Positions 27,456 through 42,500 of a stretch of 64,000 nt of DNA are shown in pieces. Both the position numbers and the translations under genes were made by a program. The notes under the pieces were generated by a model. It searched no databases and had not been told where the DNA came from. It saw only the letters and a program-made list of their open reading frames with translations. This DNA comes from Auanema rhodensis (lineage: Eukaryota > Animalia > Nematoda): NCBI GenBank assembly GCA_964057225.1, contig CAXKVF010000074.1, positions 806,001-870,000 on the forward strand. The letters run 5' to 3'. Numbering within the stretch: the stretch's first letter is position 1; each line of letters starts with the position of its first letter.

Positions 27456-30446
27456 ATTTATGCTAATTAAATGTACACGTGATGTGCACTTGGTATGTAA
27501 CTCGCTTCACGTGAAAGATAAAGAGATGCGGTTTTCAAAATTAGATTCCCCATGTCCATATTAGTCTAAAAACAAATTTTTATTGATATTGGTTCATGGT
27601 AACCATGACTTTGAAATTTACGTGAACTTTAATTTATGCTAATTAAATGTACACGTGATGTGCACTTGGTATGTAACTCGCTTCACGTGAAAGATGAAGA
27701 GATGCGGTTTTCAAAATTAGATTCCCCATGTCCATATTAGTCTAAAAACAAATTTTTATTGACATTGGTGCATGGTAACCATGACTTTGAAATTTACGTG
27801 AACTTTAATTTTGCTAATTAAATGTACACGTGATGTGCACTTGGTATGTAACTCGCTTCAAGTGAGAGATAAAGAGATGCGGTTTTCAAAATTAGAATCC
27901 CCATGTCCATATTAGTCTAAAAACAAATTTTTATTGATATTGGTGCATGGTAACCATGACTTTGAAATTTACGTGAACTTTAATTTATGCTAATTAAATG
28001 TACACGTGATGTGCACTTGGTATGTAACTCGCTTCACGTGAAAGATAAAGAGATGCGGTTTTCAAAATTAGATTCCCCATGTCCATATTAGTCTAAAAAC
28101 AAATTTTTATTGATATTGGTGCATGGTAACCATGACTTTGAAAGTTACGTGAACTTTAATTTATGCTAATTAAATGTACACGTGATGTGCACTTGGTATG
28201 TAACTCGCTTCACGTGAAAGATAAAGAGATGCGGTTTTCAAAATTAGATTCCCCATGTCCATATTAGTTTAAAAACAAATTTTTATTGATATTGGTGCAT
28301 GGTAACCATGACTTTGAAATTTACGTGAACTTTAATTTATGCTAATTAAATGTACACGTGATGTGCACTTGGTATGTAACTCGCTTCACGTGAGAGATAA
28401 AGAGATGCGGTTTTCAAAATTAGAATCCCCATGTCCATATTAGTCTAAAAACAAATTTTTATCGATATTGGTGCATGGTAACCATGACTTTGAAATTTAC
28501 GTGAACTTTAATTTATGCTAATTAAATGTACACGTGATGTGCACTTGGTAAGTAACTCGCTTCACGTGAAAGATAAAGAGATGCGGTTTTCAAAATTAGA
28601 TTCCCCATGTCCATATTAGTCTAAAAACAAATTTTTATTGATATTGGTGCATGGTAACCATGACTTTGAAAGTTACGTGAACTTTAATTTATGCTAATTA
28701 AATGTACACGTGATGTGCACTTGGTATGTAACTCGCTTCACGTGAAAGATAAAGAGATGCGGTTTTCAAAATTAGATTCCCCATGTCCATATTAGTATAA
28801 AAACAAATTTTTATTGATATTGGTTCATGGTAACCATGACTTTGAAATTTACGTGAACTTTAATTTATGCTAATTAAATGTACACGTGATGTGCACTTGG
28901 TATGTAACTCGCTTCACGTGAAAGATGAAGAGATGCGGTTTTCAAAATTAGATTCCCCATGTCCATATTAGTCTAAAAACAAATTTTTATTGACATTGGT
29001 GCATGGTAACCATGACTTTGAAATTTACGTGAACTTTAATTTATGCTAATTAAATGTACACGTGATGTGCACTTGGTATGTAACTCGCTTCGCGTGAAAG
29101 ATAAAGAGATGCGGTTTTCAAAATTAGATTCCCCATGTCCATATTAGTCTAAAAACAAATTTTTATTGATATTGGTGCATGGTAACCATGACTTTGAAAT
29201 TTACGTGAACTTTAATTTATGCTAATTAAATGTACACGTGATGTGCACTTGGTATGTAACTCGCTTCACGTGAAAGATAAAGAGATGCGGTTTTCAAAAT
29301 TAGATTCCCCATGTGCATATTAGTCTAAAAACAAATTTTTATTGATATTGGTGCATGGTAACCATGACTTTGAAATTTACGTGAACTTTAATTTATGCTA
29401 ATTAAATGTACACGTGATGTGCACTTGGTATGTAACTCGCTTCACGTGAAAGATAAGGAGATGCGGTTTTCAAAATTAGATTCCCCATGTCCATATTAGT
29501 CTAAAAACAAATTTTTATTGATATTGGTGCATGGTAACCATGACTTTGAAATTTACGTGAACTTTAATTTATGCTAATTAAATGTACACGTGATGTGCAC
29601 TTGGTATGTAACTCGCTTCACGTGAAAGATAAAGAGATGCGGTTTTCAAAATTAGATTCCCCATGTCCATATTAGTCTAAAAACAAATTTTTATTGATAT
29701 TGGTTCATGGTAACCATGACTTTGAAATTTACGTGAACTTTAATTTATGCTAATTAAATGTATACGTGATGTGCACTTGGTATGTAACTCGCTTCACGTG
29801 AAAGATAAAGAGATGCGGTTTTCAAAATTAGATTCCCCATGTCCATATTAGTCTAAAAACAAAATTTTATTGATATTGGTTCATGGTAACCATGACTTTG
29901 AAATTTACGTGAACTTTAATTTATGCTAATTAAATGTACACGTGATGTGCACTTGGTATGTAACTCGCTTCACGTGAAAGATAAAGAGATGCGGTTTTCA
30001 AAATTAGATTCCCCATGTCCATATTAGTCTAAAAACAAATTTTTATTGATATTGGTTCATGGTAACCATGACTTTGAAATTTACGTGAACTTTAATTTAT
30101 GCTAATTAAATGTACACGTGATGTGCACTTGGTATGTAACTCGCTTCACGTGAAAGATAAAGAGATGCGGTTTTCAAAATTAGATTCCCCATGTCCATAT
30201 TAGTCTAAAAACAAATTTTTATTGATATTGGTGCATGGTAACCATGACTTTGAAATTTACGTGAACTTTAATTTATGCTAATTAAATGTACACGTGATGT
30301 GCACTTGGTATGTAACTCGCTTCACGTGAAAGATAAAGAGATGCGGTTTTCAAAATTAGATTCCCCATGTCCATATTAGTTTAAAAACAAATTTTTATTG
30401 ATATTGGTGCATGGTAACCATGACTTTGAAATTTACGTGAACATTA
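27456..30446 (+). repeat. Duplicated block X, copy 2 (monomers 157-173)
   Basis: Same A5 deletion at 27811/27812, 11791 bp after the first, with the same flanking variant order; C21T at 29763. Confidence 0.88.
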
Positions 30447-31150
30447 ATTTATGCTAATTAAATGTACACGTGATGTGCACTTGGTATGTAACTCGCTTCA
30501 CGTGAAAGATAAAGAGATGCGGTTTTCAAAATTAGATTCCCCATGTCCATATTAGTCTAAAAACAAATTTTTATTGATATTGGTGCTTGGTAACCATGAC
30601 TTTGAAATTTACGTGAACTTTAATTTATGCTAATTAAATGTACACGTGATGTGCACTTGGTATGTAACTCGCTTCACGTGAAAGATGAAGAGATGCGGTT
30701 TTCAAAATTAGATTCCCCATGTCCATATTAGTCTAAAAACAAATTTTTATTGATATTGGTGCATGGTAACCATGACTTTGAAATTTACGTGAACTTTAAT
30801 TTATGCTAATTAAATGTACACGTGATGTGCACTTGGTATGTAACTCGCTTCACGTGAAAGATAAAGAGATGCGGTTTTCAAAATTAGATTCCCCATGTCC
30901 ATATTAGTCTAAAAACAAATTTTTATTGATATTGCTGCATGGTAACCATGACTTTGAAATTTACGTGAACTTTAATTTATGCTAATTAAATGTACACGTG
31001 ATGTGCACTTGGTATGTAACTCGCTTCACGTGAAAGATAAAGAGATGCGGTTTTCAAAATTAGATTCCCCATGTCCATATTAGTCTAAAAACAAATTTTT
31101 ATTGATATTGGTGCATGGTGACCATGACTTTGAAATTTACGTGAACTTTA

Positions 31151-34100
31151 ATTTATGCTAATTAAATGTACACGTGATGTGCACTTGGTATGTAACTCGC
31201 TTCACGTGAAAGATAAAGAGATGCGGTTTTCAAAATTAGATTCCCCATGTCCATATTAGTCTAAAAACAAATTTTTATTGATATTGGTTCATGGTAACCA
31301 TGACTTTGAAATTTACGTGAACTTTAATTTATGCTAATTAAATGTACACGTGATGTGCACTTGGTATGTAACTCGCTTCACGTGAAAGATAAAGAGATGC
31401 GGTTTTCAAAATTAGATTCCCCATGTCCATATTAGTCTAAAAACAAATTTTTATTGATAGTGGTGCATGGTAACCATGACTTTGAAATTTACGTGAACTT
31501 TAATTTATGCTAATTAAATGTACACGTAATGTGCACTTGGTATGTAACTCGCTTCACGTGAAAGATGAAAAGATGCTGTTTTCAAAATTAGATTCCCCAT
31601 GTCCATATTAGTCTAAATACAAATTTTTATTGATATTGGTGCATGGTAACCATGACTTTGAAATTTACGTGAACTTTAATTTATGCTAATTAAATGTACA
31701 CGTGATGTGCACTTGGTATGTAACTCGCTTCACGTGAAAGATAAAGAGATGCGGTTTTCAAAATTAGATTCCCCATGTCCATATTAGTCTAAAAACAAAT
31801 TTTTATTGATATTGGTTCATGGTAACCATGACTTTGAAATTTACGTGAACTTTAATTTATGCTAATTAAATGTACACGTGATGTGCACTTGGTATGTAAC
31901 TCGCTTCACGTGAAAGATAAAGAGATGCAGTTTTCAAAATTAGATTCCCCATGTCCATATTAGTCTAAAAACAAATTTTTATTGATATTGGTGAATGGTA
32001 ACCATGACTTTGAAATTTACGTGAACTTTAATTTATGCTAATTAAATGTACACGTGATGTGCACTTGGTATGTAACTCGCTTCACGTGAAAGATAAAGAG
32101 ATGCGGTTTTCAAAATTAGATTCCCCATGTCCATATTAGTCTAAAAACAAATTTTTATTGATATTGGTTCATGGTAACCATGACTTTGAAATTTACGTGA
32201 ACTTTAATTTATGCTAATTAAATGTACACGTGATGTGCACTTGGTATGTAACTCGCTTCACGTGAAAGATAAAGAGATGCGGTTTTCAAAATTAGATTCC
32301 CCATGTCCATATTAGTCTAAAAACAAATTTTTATTGATATTGGTGCATGGTAACCATGACTTTGAAATTTACGTGAACTTTAATTTATGCTAATTAAATG
32401 TACACGTGATGTGCACTTGGTATGTAACTCGCTTCACGTGAAAGATAAAGAGATGCGGTTTTCAAAATTAGATTCCCCATGTCCATATTAGTCTAAAAAC
32501 AAATTTTTATTGATATTGGTGCATGGTAACCATGACTTTGAAATTTACGTGAACTTTAATTTATGCTAATTAAATGTACACGTGATGTGCACTTGGTATG
32601 TAACTCGCTTCACGTGAAAGATAAAGAGATGCGGTTTTCAAAATTAGATTCCCCATGTCCATATTAGTTTAAAAACAAATTTTTATTGATATTGGTGCAT
32701 GGTAACCATGACTTTGAAATTTACGTGAACTTTAATTTATGCTAATTAAATGTACACGTGATGTGCACTTGGTATGTAACTCGCTTCACGTGAAAGATGA
32801 AGAGATGCTGTTTTCAAAATTAGATTCCCCATGTCCATATTAGTCTAAAAACAAATTTTTATTGATATTGGTGCATGGTAACCATGACTTTGAAATTTAC
32901 GTGAACTTTAATTTATGCTAATTAAATGTACACGTGATGTGCACTTGGTATGTAACTCGCTTCACGTGAAAGATAAAGAGATGCGGTTTTCAAAATTAGA
33001 TTCCCCATGTCCATATTAGTCTAAAAACAAATTTTTATTGATATTGGTTCATGGTAACCATGACTTTGAAATTTACGTGAACTTTAATTTATGCTAATTA
33101 AATGTACACGTGATGTGCACTTGGTATGTAACTCGCTTCACGTGAAAGATGAAGAGATGCTGTTTTCAAAATTAGATTCCCCATGTCCATATTAGTCTAA
33201 AAACAAATTTTTATTGATATTGGTGCATGGCAACCATGACTTTGAATTTTACGTGAACTTTAATTTATGCTAATTAAATGTACACGTGATGTGCACTTGG
33301 TATGTAACTCGCTTCACGTGAAAGATAAAGAGATGCGGTTTTCAAAATTAGATTCCCCATGTCCATATTAGTCTAAAAACAAATTTTTATTGATATTGGT
33401 GCATGGTAACCATGACTTTGAAATTTACGTGAACTTTAATTTATGCTAATTAAATGTACACGTGATGTGCACTTGGTATGTAACTCGCTTCACGTGAAAG
33501 ATAAAGAGATGCGGTTTTCAAAATTAGATTCCCCATGTCCATATTAGTCTAAAAACAAATTTTTATTGATATTGGTTCATGGTAACCATGACTTTGAAAT
33601 TTACGTGAACTTTAATTTATGCTAATTAAATGTACACGTGATGTGCACTTGGTATGTAACTCGCTTCACGTGAAAGATAAAGAGATGCGGTTTTCAAAAT
33701 TAGATTCCCCATGTCCATATTAGTCTAAAAACAAATTTTTATTGATATTGGTGCATGGTAACCATGACTTTGAAATTTACGTGAACTTTAATTTATGCTA
33801 ATTAAATGTACACGTGATGTGCACTTGGTATGTAACTCGCTTCACGTGAAAGATAAAGAGATGCGGTTTTCAAAATTAGATTCCCCATGTCCATATTAGT
33901 CTAAAAACAAATTTTTATTGATATTGGTGAATGGTAACCATGACTTTGAAATTTACGTGAACTTTAATTTATGCTAATTAAATGTACACGTGATGTGCAC
34001 TTGGTATGTAACTCGCTTCACGTGAAAGATGAAGAGATGCGGTTTTCAAAATTAGATTCCCCATGTCCATATTAGTCTAAAAACAAATTTTTATTGATAT

Positions 34101-35198
34101 TGGTGCATGGTAACCATGACTTTGAAATTTACGTGAACTTTAATTTATGCTAATTAAATGTACACGTGATGTGCACTTGGTATGTAACTCGCTTCACGTG
34201 AAAGATGAAGAGATGCGGTTTTCAAAATTAGATTCCCCATGTCCATATTAGTCTAAAAACAAATTTTTATTGATATTGGTGCATGGTAACCATGACTTTG
34301 AAATTTACGTGAACTTTAATTTATGCTAATTAAATGTACACGTGATGTGCACTTGGTATGTAACTCGCTTCACGTGAAAGATAAGGAGATGCGGTTTTCA
34401 AAATTAGATTCCCCATGTCCATATTAGTCTAAAAACAAATTTTTATTGATATTGGTGCATGGTAACCATGACTTTGAAATTTACGTGAACTTTAATTTAT
34501 GCTAATTAAATGTACACGTGATGTGCACTTGGTATGTAACTCGCTTCACGTGAAAGATAAAGAGATGCGATTTTCAAAATTAGATTCCCCATGTGCATAT
34601 TAGTCTAAAAACAAATTTTTATTGATATTGGTTCATGGTAACCATGACTTTGAAATTTACGTGAACTTTAATTTATGCTAATTAAATGTACACGTGATGT
34701 GCACTTGGTATGTAACTCGCTTCACGTGAAAGATAAAGAGATGCGGTTTTCAAAATTAGATTCCCCATGTCCATATTAGTCTAAAAACAAATTTTTATTG
34801 ATATTGCTGCATGGTAACCATGACTTTGAAATTTACGTGAACTTTAATTTATGCTAATTAAATGTACACGTGATGTGCACTTGGTATGTAACTCGCTTCA
34901 CGTGAAAGATGAAGAGATGCGGTTTTCAAAATTAGATTCCCCATGTCCATATTAGTCTAAAAACAAATTTTTATTGATATTGGTGCATGGTAACCATGAC
35001 TTTGAAATTTACGTGAACTTTAATTTATGCTAATTAAATGTACACGTGATGTGCACTTGGTATGTAACTCGCTTCACGTGAAAGATGAAGAGATGCGGTT
35101 TTCAAAATTAGATTCCCCATGTCCATATTAGTCTAAAAACAAATTTTTATTGATATTGGTGCATGGTAACCATGACTTTGAAATTTACGTGAACTTTA
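31151..35198 (+). repeat. Duplicated block Y, copy 2 (monomers 178-200)
   Basis: T134G (31460), G26A (31528) and the rest of the series; about 5 private differences from copy 1. Confidence 0.9.
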
Positions 35199-37838
35199 AT
35201 TTATGCTAATTAAATGTACACGTGATGTGCACTTGGTATGTAACTCGCTTCACGTGAAAGATAAGGAGATGCGGTTTTCAAAATTAGATTCCCCATGTCC
35301 ATATTAGTCTAAAAACAAATTTTTATTGATATTGGTGCATGGTAACCATGACTTTGAAATTTACGTGAACTTTAATTTATGCTAATTAAATGTACACGTG
35401 ATGTGCACTTGGTATGTAACTCGCTTCACGTGAAAGATAAAGAGATGCGGTTTTCAAAATTAGATTCCCCATGTCCATATTAGTCTAAAAACAAATTTTT
35501 ATTGATATTGGTGCATGGTAACCATGACTTTGAAATTTACGTGAACTTTAATTTATGCTAATTAAATGTACACGTGATGTGCACTTGGTATGTAACTCGC
35601 TTCACGTGAAAGATGAAGAGATGCGGTTTTCAAAATTAGATTCCCCATGTCCATATTAGTCTAAAAACAAATTTTTATTGATATTGGTGCATGGTAACCA
35701 TGACTTTGAAATTTACGTGAACTTTAATTTATGCTAATTAAATGTACACGTGATGTGCACTTGGTATGTAACTCGCTTCACGTGAAAGATAAGGAGATGC
35801 GGTTTTCAAAATTAGATTCCCCATGTCCATATTAGTCTAAAAACAAATTTTTATTGATATTGGTGCATGGTAACCATGACTTTGAAATTTACGTGAACTT
35901 TAATTTATGCTAATTAAATGTACACGTGATGTGCACTTGGTATGTAACTCGCTTCACGTGAAAGATAAAGAGATGCGATTTTCAAAATTAGATTCCCCAT
36001 GTGCATATTAGTCTAAAAACAAATTTTTATTGATATTGGTTCATGGTAACCATGACTTTGAAATTTACGTGAACTTTAATTTATGCTAATTAAATGTACA
36101 CGTGATGTGCACTTGGTATGTAACTCGCTTCACGTGAAAGATAAAGAGATGCGGTTTTCAAAATTAGATTCCCCATGTCCATATTAGTCTAAAAACAAAT
36201 TTTTATTGATATTGCTGCATGGTAACCATGACTTTGAAATTTACGTGAACTTTAATTTATGCTAATTAAATGTACACGTGATGTGCACTTGGTATGTAAC
36301 TCGCTTCACGTGAAAGATGAAGAGATGCGGTTTTCAAAATTAGATTCCCCATGTCCATATTAGTCTAAAAACAAATTTTTATTGATATTGGTGCATGGTA
36401 ACCATGACTTTGAAATTTACGTGAACTTTAATTTATGCTAATTAAATGTACACGTGATGTGCACTTGGTATGTAACTCGCTTCACGTGAAAGATGAAGAG
36501 ATGCGGTTTTCAAAATTAGATTCCCCATGTCCATATTAGTCTAAAAACAAATTTTTATTGATATTGGTTCATGGTAACCATGACTTTGAAATTTACGTGA
36601 ACTTTAATTTATGCTAATTAAATGTACACGTGATGTGCACTTGGTATGTAACTCGCTTCACGTGAAAGATAAAGAGATGCGATTTTCAAAATTAGATTCC
36701 CCATGTGCATATTAGTCTAAAAACAAATTTTTATTGATATTGGTTCATGGTAACCATGACTTTGAAATTTACGTGAACTTTAATTTATGCTAATTAAATG
36801 TACACGTGATGTGCACTTGGTATGTAACTCGCTTCACGTGAAAGATAAAGAGATGCGGTTTTCAAAATTAGATTCCCCATGTCCATATTAGTCTAAAAAC
36901 AAATTTTTATTGATATTGCTGCATGGTAACCATGACTTTGAAATTTACGTGAACTTTAATTTATGCTAATTAAATGTACACGTGATGTGCACTTGGTATG
37001 TAACTCGCTTCACGTGAAAGATAAAGAGATGCGGTTTTCAAAATTAGATTCCCCATGTCCATATTAGTCTAAAAACAAATTTTTATTGATATTGGTGCAT
37101 GGTAACCATGACTTTGAAATTTACGTGAACTTTAATTTATGCTAATTAAATGTACACGTGATGTGCACTTGGTATGTAACTCGCTTCACGTGAAAGATAA
37201 AGAGATGCGGTTTTCAAAATTAGATTCCCCATGTCCATATTAGTCTAAAAACAAATTTTTATTGATATTGGTTCATGGTAACCATGACTTTGAAATTTAC
37301 GTGAACTTTAATTTATGCTAATTAAATGTACACGTGATGTGCACTTGGTATGTAACTCGCTTCACGTGAAAGATAAAGAGATGCGGTTTTCAAAATTAGA
37401 TTCCCCATGTCCATATTAGTCTAAAAACAAATTTTTATTGATATTGGTGCATGGTAACCATGACTTTGAAATTTACGTGAACTTTAATTTATGCTAATTA
37501 AATGTACACGTGATGTGCACTTGGTATGTAACTCGCTTCACGTGAAAGATAAAGAGATGCGGTTTTCAAAATTAGATTCCCCATGTCCATATTAGTCTAA
37601 AAACAAATTTTTATTGATATTGGTGCATGGTAACCATGACTTTGAAATTTACGTGAACTTTAATTTATGCTAATTAAATGTACACGTGATGTGCACTTGG
37701 TATGTAACTCGCTTCACGTGAAAGATAAAGAGATGCGGTTTTCAAAATTAGATTCCCCATGTCCATATTAGTTTAAAAACAAATTTTTATTGATATTGGT
37801 GCATGGTAACCATGACTTTGAAATTTACGTGAACTTTA

Positions 37839-39598
37839 ATTTATGCTAATTAAATGTACACGTGATGTGCACTTGGTATGTAACTCGCTTCACGTGAAAG
37901 ATGAAGAGATGCGGTTTTCAAAATTAGATTCCCCATGTCCATATTAGTCTAAAAACAAATTTTTATTGATATTGGTGCATGGTAACCATGACTTTGAAAT
38001 TTACGTGAACTTTAATTTATGCTAATTAAATGTACACGTGATGTGCACTTGGTATGTAACTCGCTTCACGTGAAAGATGAAGAGATGCGGTTTTCAAAAT
38101 TAGATTCCCCATGTCCATATTAGTCTAAAAACAAATTTTTATTGATATTGGTGCATGGTAACCATGACTTTGAAATTTACGTGAACTTTAATTTATGCTA
38201 ATTAAATGTACACGTGATGTGCACTTGGTATGTAACTCGCTTCACGTGAAAGATAAGGAGATGCGGTTTTCAAAATTAGATTCCCCATGTCCATATTAGT
38301 CTAAAAACAAATTTTTATTGATATTGGTGCATGGTAACCATGACTTTGAAATTTACGTGAACTTTAATTTATGCTAATTAAATGTACACGTGATGTGCAC
38401 TTGGTATGTAACTCGCTTCACGTGAAAGATAAAGAGATGCGATTTTCAAAATTAGATTCCCCATGTGCATATTAGTCTAAAAACAAATTTTTATTGATAT
38501 TGGTTCATGGTAACCATGACTTTGAAATTTACGTGAACTTTAATTTATGCTAATTAAATGTACACGTGATGTGCACTTGGTATGTAACTCGCTTCACGTG
38601 AAAGATAAAGAGATGCGGTTTTCAAAATTAGATTCCCCATGTCCATATTAGTCTAAAAACAAATTTTTATTGATATTGCTGCATGGTAACCATGACTTTG
38701 AAATTTACGTGAACTTTAATTTATGCTAATTAAATGTACACGTGATGTGCACTTGGTATGTAACTCGCTTCACGTGAAAGATGAAGAGATGCGGTTTTCA
38801 AAATTAGATTCCCCATGTCCATATTAGTCTAAAAACAAATTTTTATTGATATTGGTGCATGGTAACCATGACTTTGAAATTTACGTGAACTTTAATTTAT
38901 GCTAATTAAATGTACACGTGATGTGCACTTGGTATGTAACTCGCTTCACGTGAAAGATGAAGAGATGCGGTTTTCAAAATTAGATTCCCCATGTCCATAT
39001 TAGTCTAAAAACAAATTTTTATTGATATTGGTGCATGGTAACCATGACTTTGAAATTTACGTGAACTTTAATTTATGCTAATTAAATGTACACGTGATGT
39101 GCACTTGGTATGTAACTCGCTTCACGTGAAAGATAAGGAGATGCGGTTTTCAAAATTAGATTCCCCATGTCCATATTAGTCTAAAAACAAATTTTTATTG
39201 ATATTGGTGCATGGTAACCATGACTTTGAAATTTACGTGAACTTTAATTTATGCTAATTAAATGTACACGTGATGTGCACTTGGTATGTAACTCGCTTCA
39301 CGTGAAAGATAAAGAGATGCGATTTTCAAAATTAGATTCCCCATGTGCATATTAGTCTAAAAACAAATTTTTATTGATATTGGTTCATGGTAACCATGAC
39401 TTTGAAATTTACGTGAACTTTAATTTATGCTAATTAAATGTACACGTGATGTGCACTTGGTATGTAACTCGCTTCACGTGAAAGATAAAGAGATGCGGTT
39501 TTCAAAATTAGATTCCCCATGTCCATATTAGTCTAAAAACAAATTTTTATTGATATTGCTGCATGGTAACCATGACTTTGAAATTTACGTGAACTTTA
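37839..39598 (+). repeat. Two tandem copies of a 5-monomer (880-bp) higher-order unit
   Basis: A65G / A65G / A67G / G76A+C101G+G139T / G137C repeated twice; G76A at 38442 and 39322, 880 bp apart. Confidence 0.9.
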
Positions 39599-42500
39599 AT
39601 TTATGCTAATTAAATGTACACGTGATGTGCACTTGGTATGTAACTCGCTTCACGTGAAAGATAAAGAGATGCGGTTTTCAAAATTAGATTCCCCATGTCC
39701 ATATTAGTCTAAAAACAAATTTTTATTGATATTGGTGCATGGTAACCATGACTTTGAAATTTACGTGAACTTTAATTTATGCTAATTAAATGTACACGTG
39801 ATGTGCACTTGGTATGTAACTCGCTTCACGTGAAAGATAAAGAGATGCGGTTTTCAAAATTAGATTCCCCATGTCCATATTAGTCTAAAAACAAATTTTT
39901 ATTGATATTGGTTCATGGTAACCATGACTTTGAAATTTACGTGAACTTTAATTTATGCTAATTAAATGTACACGTGATGTGCACTTGGTATGTAACTCGC
40001 TTCACGTGAAAGATAAAGAGATGCGGTTTTCAAAATTAGATTCCCCATGTCCATATTAGTCTAAAAACAAATTTTTATTGATATTGGTGCATGGTAACCA
40101 TGACTTTGAAATTTACGTGAACTTTAATTTATGCTAATTAAATGTACACGTGATGTGCACTTGGTATGTAACTCGCTTCACGTGAAAGATAAAGAGATGC
40201 GGTTTTCAAAATTAGATTCCCCATGTCCATATTAGTCTAAAAACAAATTTTTATTGATATTGGTGCATGGTAACCATGACTTTGAAATTTACGTGAACTT
40301 TAATTTATGCTAATTAAATGTACACGTGATGTGCACTTGGTATGTAACTCGCTTCACGTGAAAGATAAAGAGATGCGGTTTTCAAAATTAGATTCCCCAT
40401 GTCCATATTAGTTTAAAAACAAATTTTTATTGATATTGGTGCATGGTAACCATGACTTTGAAATTTACGTGAACTTTAATTTATGCTAATTAAATGTACA
40501 CGTGATGTGCACTTGGTATGTAACTCGCTTCACGTGAAAGATAAAGAGATGCTGTTTTCAAAATTAGATTCCCCATGTCCATATTAGTCTAAAAACAAAT
40601 TTTTATTGATATTGGTGCATGGTAACCATGACTTTGAAATTTACGTGAACTTTAATTTATGCTAATTAAATGTACACGTGATGTGCACTTGGTATGTAAC
40701 TCGCTTCACGTGAAAGATAAAGAGATGCGGTTTTCAAAATTAGATTCCCCATGTCCATATTAGTCTAAAAACAAATTTTTATTGATATTGGTTCATGGTA
40801 ACCATGACTTTGAAATTTACGTGAACTTTAATTTATGCTAATTAAATGTACACGTGATGTGCACTTGGTATGTAACTCGCTTCACGTGAAAGATAAAGAG
40901 ATGCGGTTCTCAAAATTAGATTCCCCATGTCCATATTAGTCTAAAAACAAATTTTTATTGATATTGGTGAATGGTAACCATGACTTTGAAATTTACGTGA
41001 ACTTTAATTTATGCTAATTAAATGTACACGTGATGTGCACTTGGTATGTAACTCGCTTCACGTGAAAGATAAAGAGATGCGGTTTTCAAAATTAGATTCC
41101 CCATGTCCATATTAGTCTAAAAACAAATTTTTATTGATATTGGTGCATGGTAACCATGACTTTGAAATTTACGTGAACTTTAATTTATGCTAATTAAATG
41201 TACACGTGATGTGCACTTGGTATGTAACTCGCTTCACGTGAAAGATAAAGAGATGCGGTTTTCAAAATTAGATTCCCCATGTCCATATTAGTCTAAAAAC
41301 AAATTTTTATTGATATTGGTTCATGGTAACCATGACTTTGAAATTTACGTGAACTTTAATTTATGCTAATTAAATGTACACGTGATGTGCACTTGGTATG
41401 TAACTCGCTTCACGTGAAAGATAAAGAGATGCGGTTTTCAAAATTAGATTCCCCATGTCCATATTAGTCTAAAAACAAATTTTTATTGATATTGGGGCAT
41501 GGTAACCATGACTTTGAAATTTACGTGAACTTTAATTTATGCTAATTAAATGTACACGTGATGTGCACTTGGTATGTAACTCGCTTCACGTGAAAGATAA
41601 AGAGATGCGGTTTTCAAAATTAGATTCCCCATGTCCATATTAGTCTAAAAACAAATTTTTATTGATATTGGTGCATGGTAACCATGACTTTGAAATTTAC
41701 GTGAACTTTAATTTATGCTAATTAAATGTACACGTGATGTGCACTTGGTATGTAACTCGCTTCACGTGAAAGATAAAGAGATGCGGTTTTCAAAATTAGA
41801 TTCCCCATGTCCATATTAGTTTAAAAACAAATTTTTATTGATATTGGTGCATGGTAACCATGACTTTGAAATTTACGTGAACTTTAATTTATGCTAATTA
41901 AATGTACACGTGATGTGCACTTGGTATGTAACTCGCTTCACGTGAAAGATAAAGAGATGCTGTTTTCAAAATTAGATTCCCCATGTCCATATTAGTCTAA
42001 AAACAAATTTTTATTGATATTGGTGCATGGTAACCATGACTTTGAAATTTACGTGAACTTTAATTTATGCTAATTAAATGTACACGTGATGTGCACTTGG
42101 TATGTAACTCGCTTCACGTGAAAGATAAAGAGATGCGGTTTTCAAAATTAGATTCCCCATGTCCATATTAGTCTAAAAACAAATTTTTATTGATATTGGT
42201 GCATGGTAACCATGACTTTGAAATTTACGTGAACTTTAATTTATGCTAATTAAATGTACACGTGATGTGCACTTGGTATGTAACTCGCTTCACGTGAAAG
42301 ATAAAGAGATGCGGTTTTCAAAATTAGATTCCCCATGTCCATATTAGTCTAAAAACAAATTTTTATTGATATTGGTGCATGGTAACCATGACTTTGAAAT
42401 TTACGTGAACTTTAATTTATGCTAATTAAATGTACACGTGATGTGCACTTGGTATGTAACTCGCTTCACGTGAAAGATAAAGAGATGCGGTTTTCAAAAT

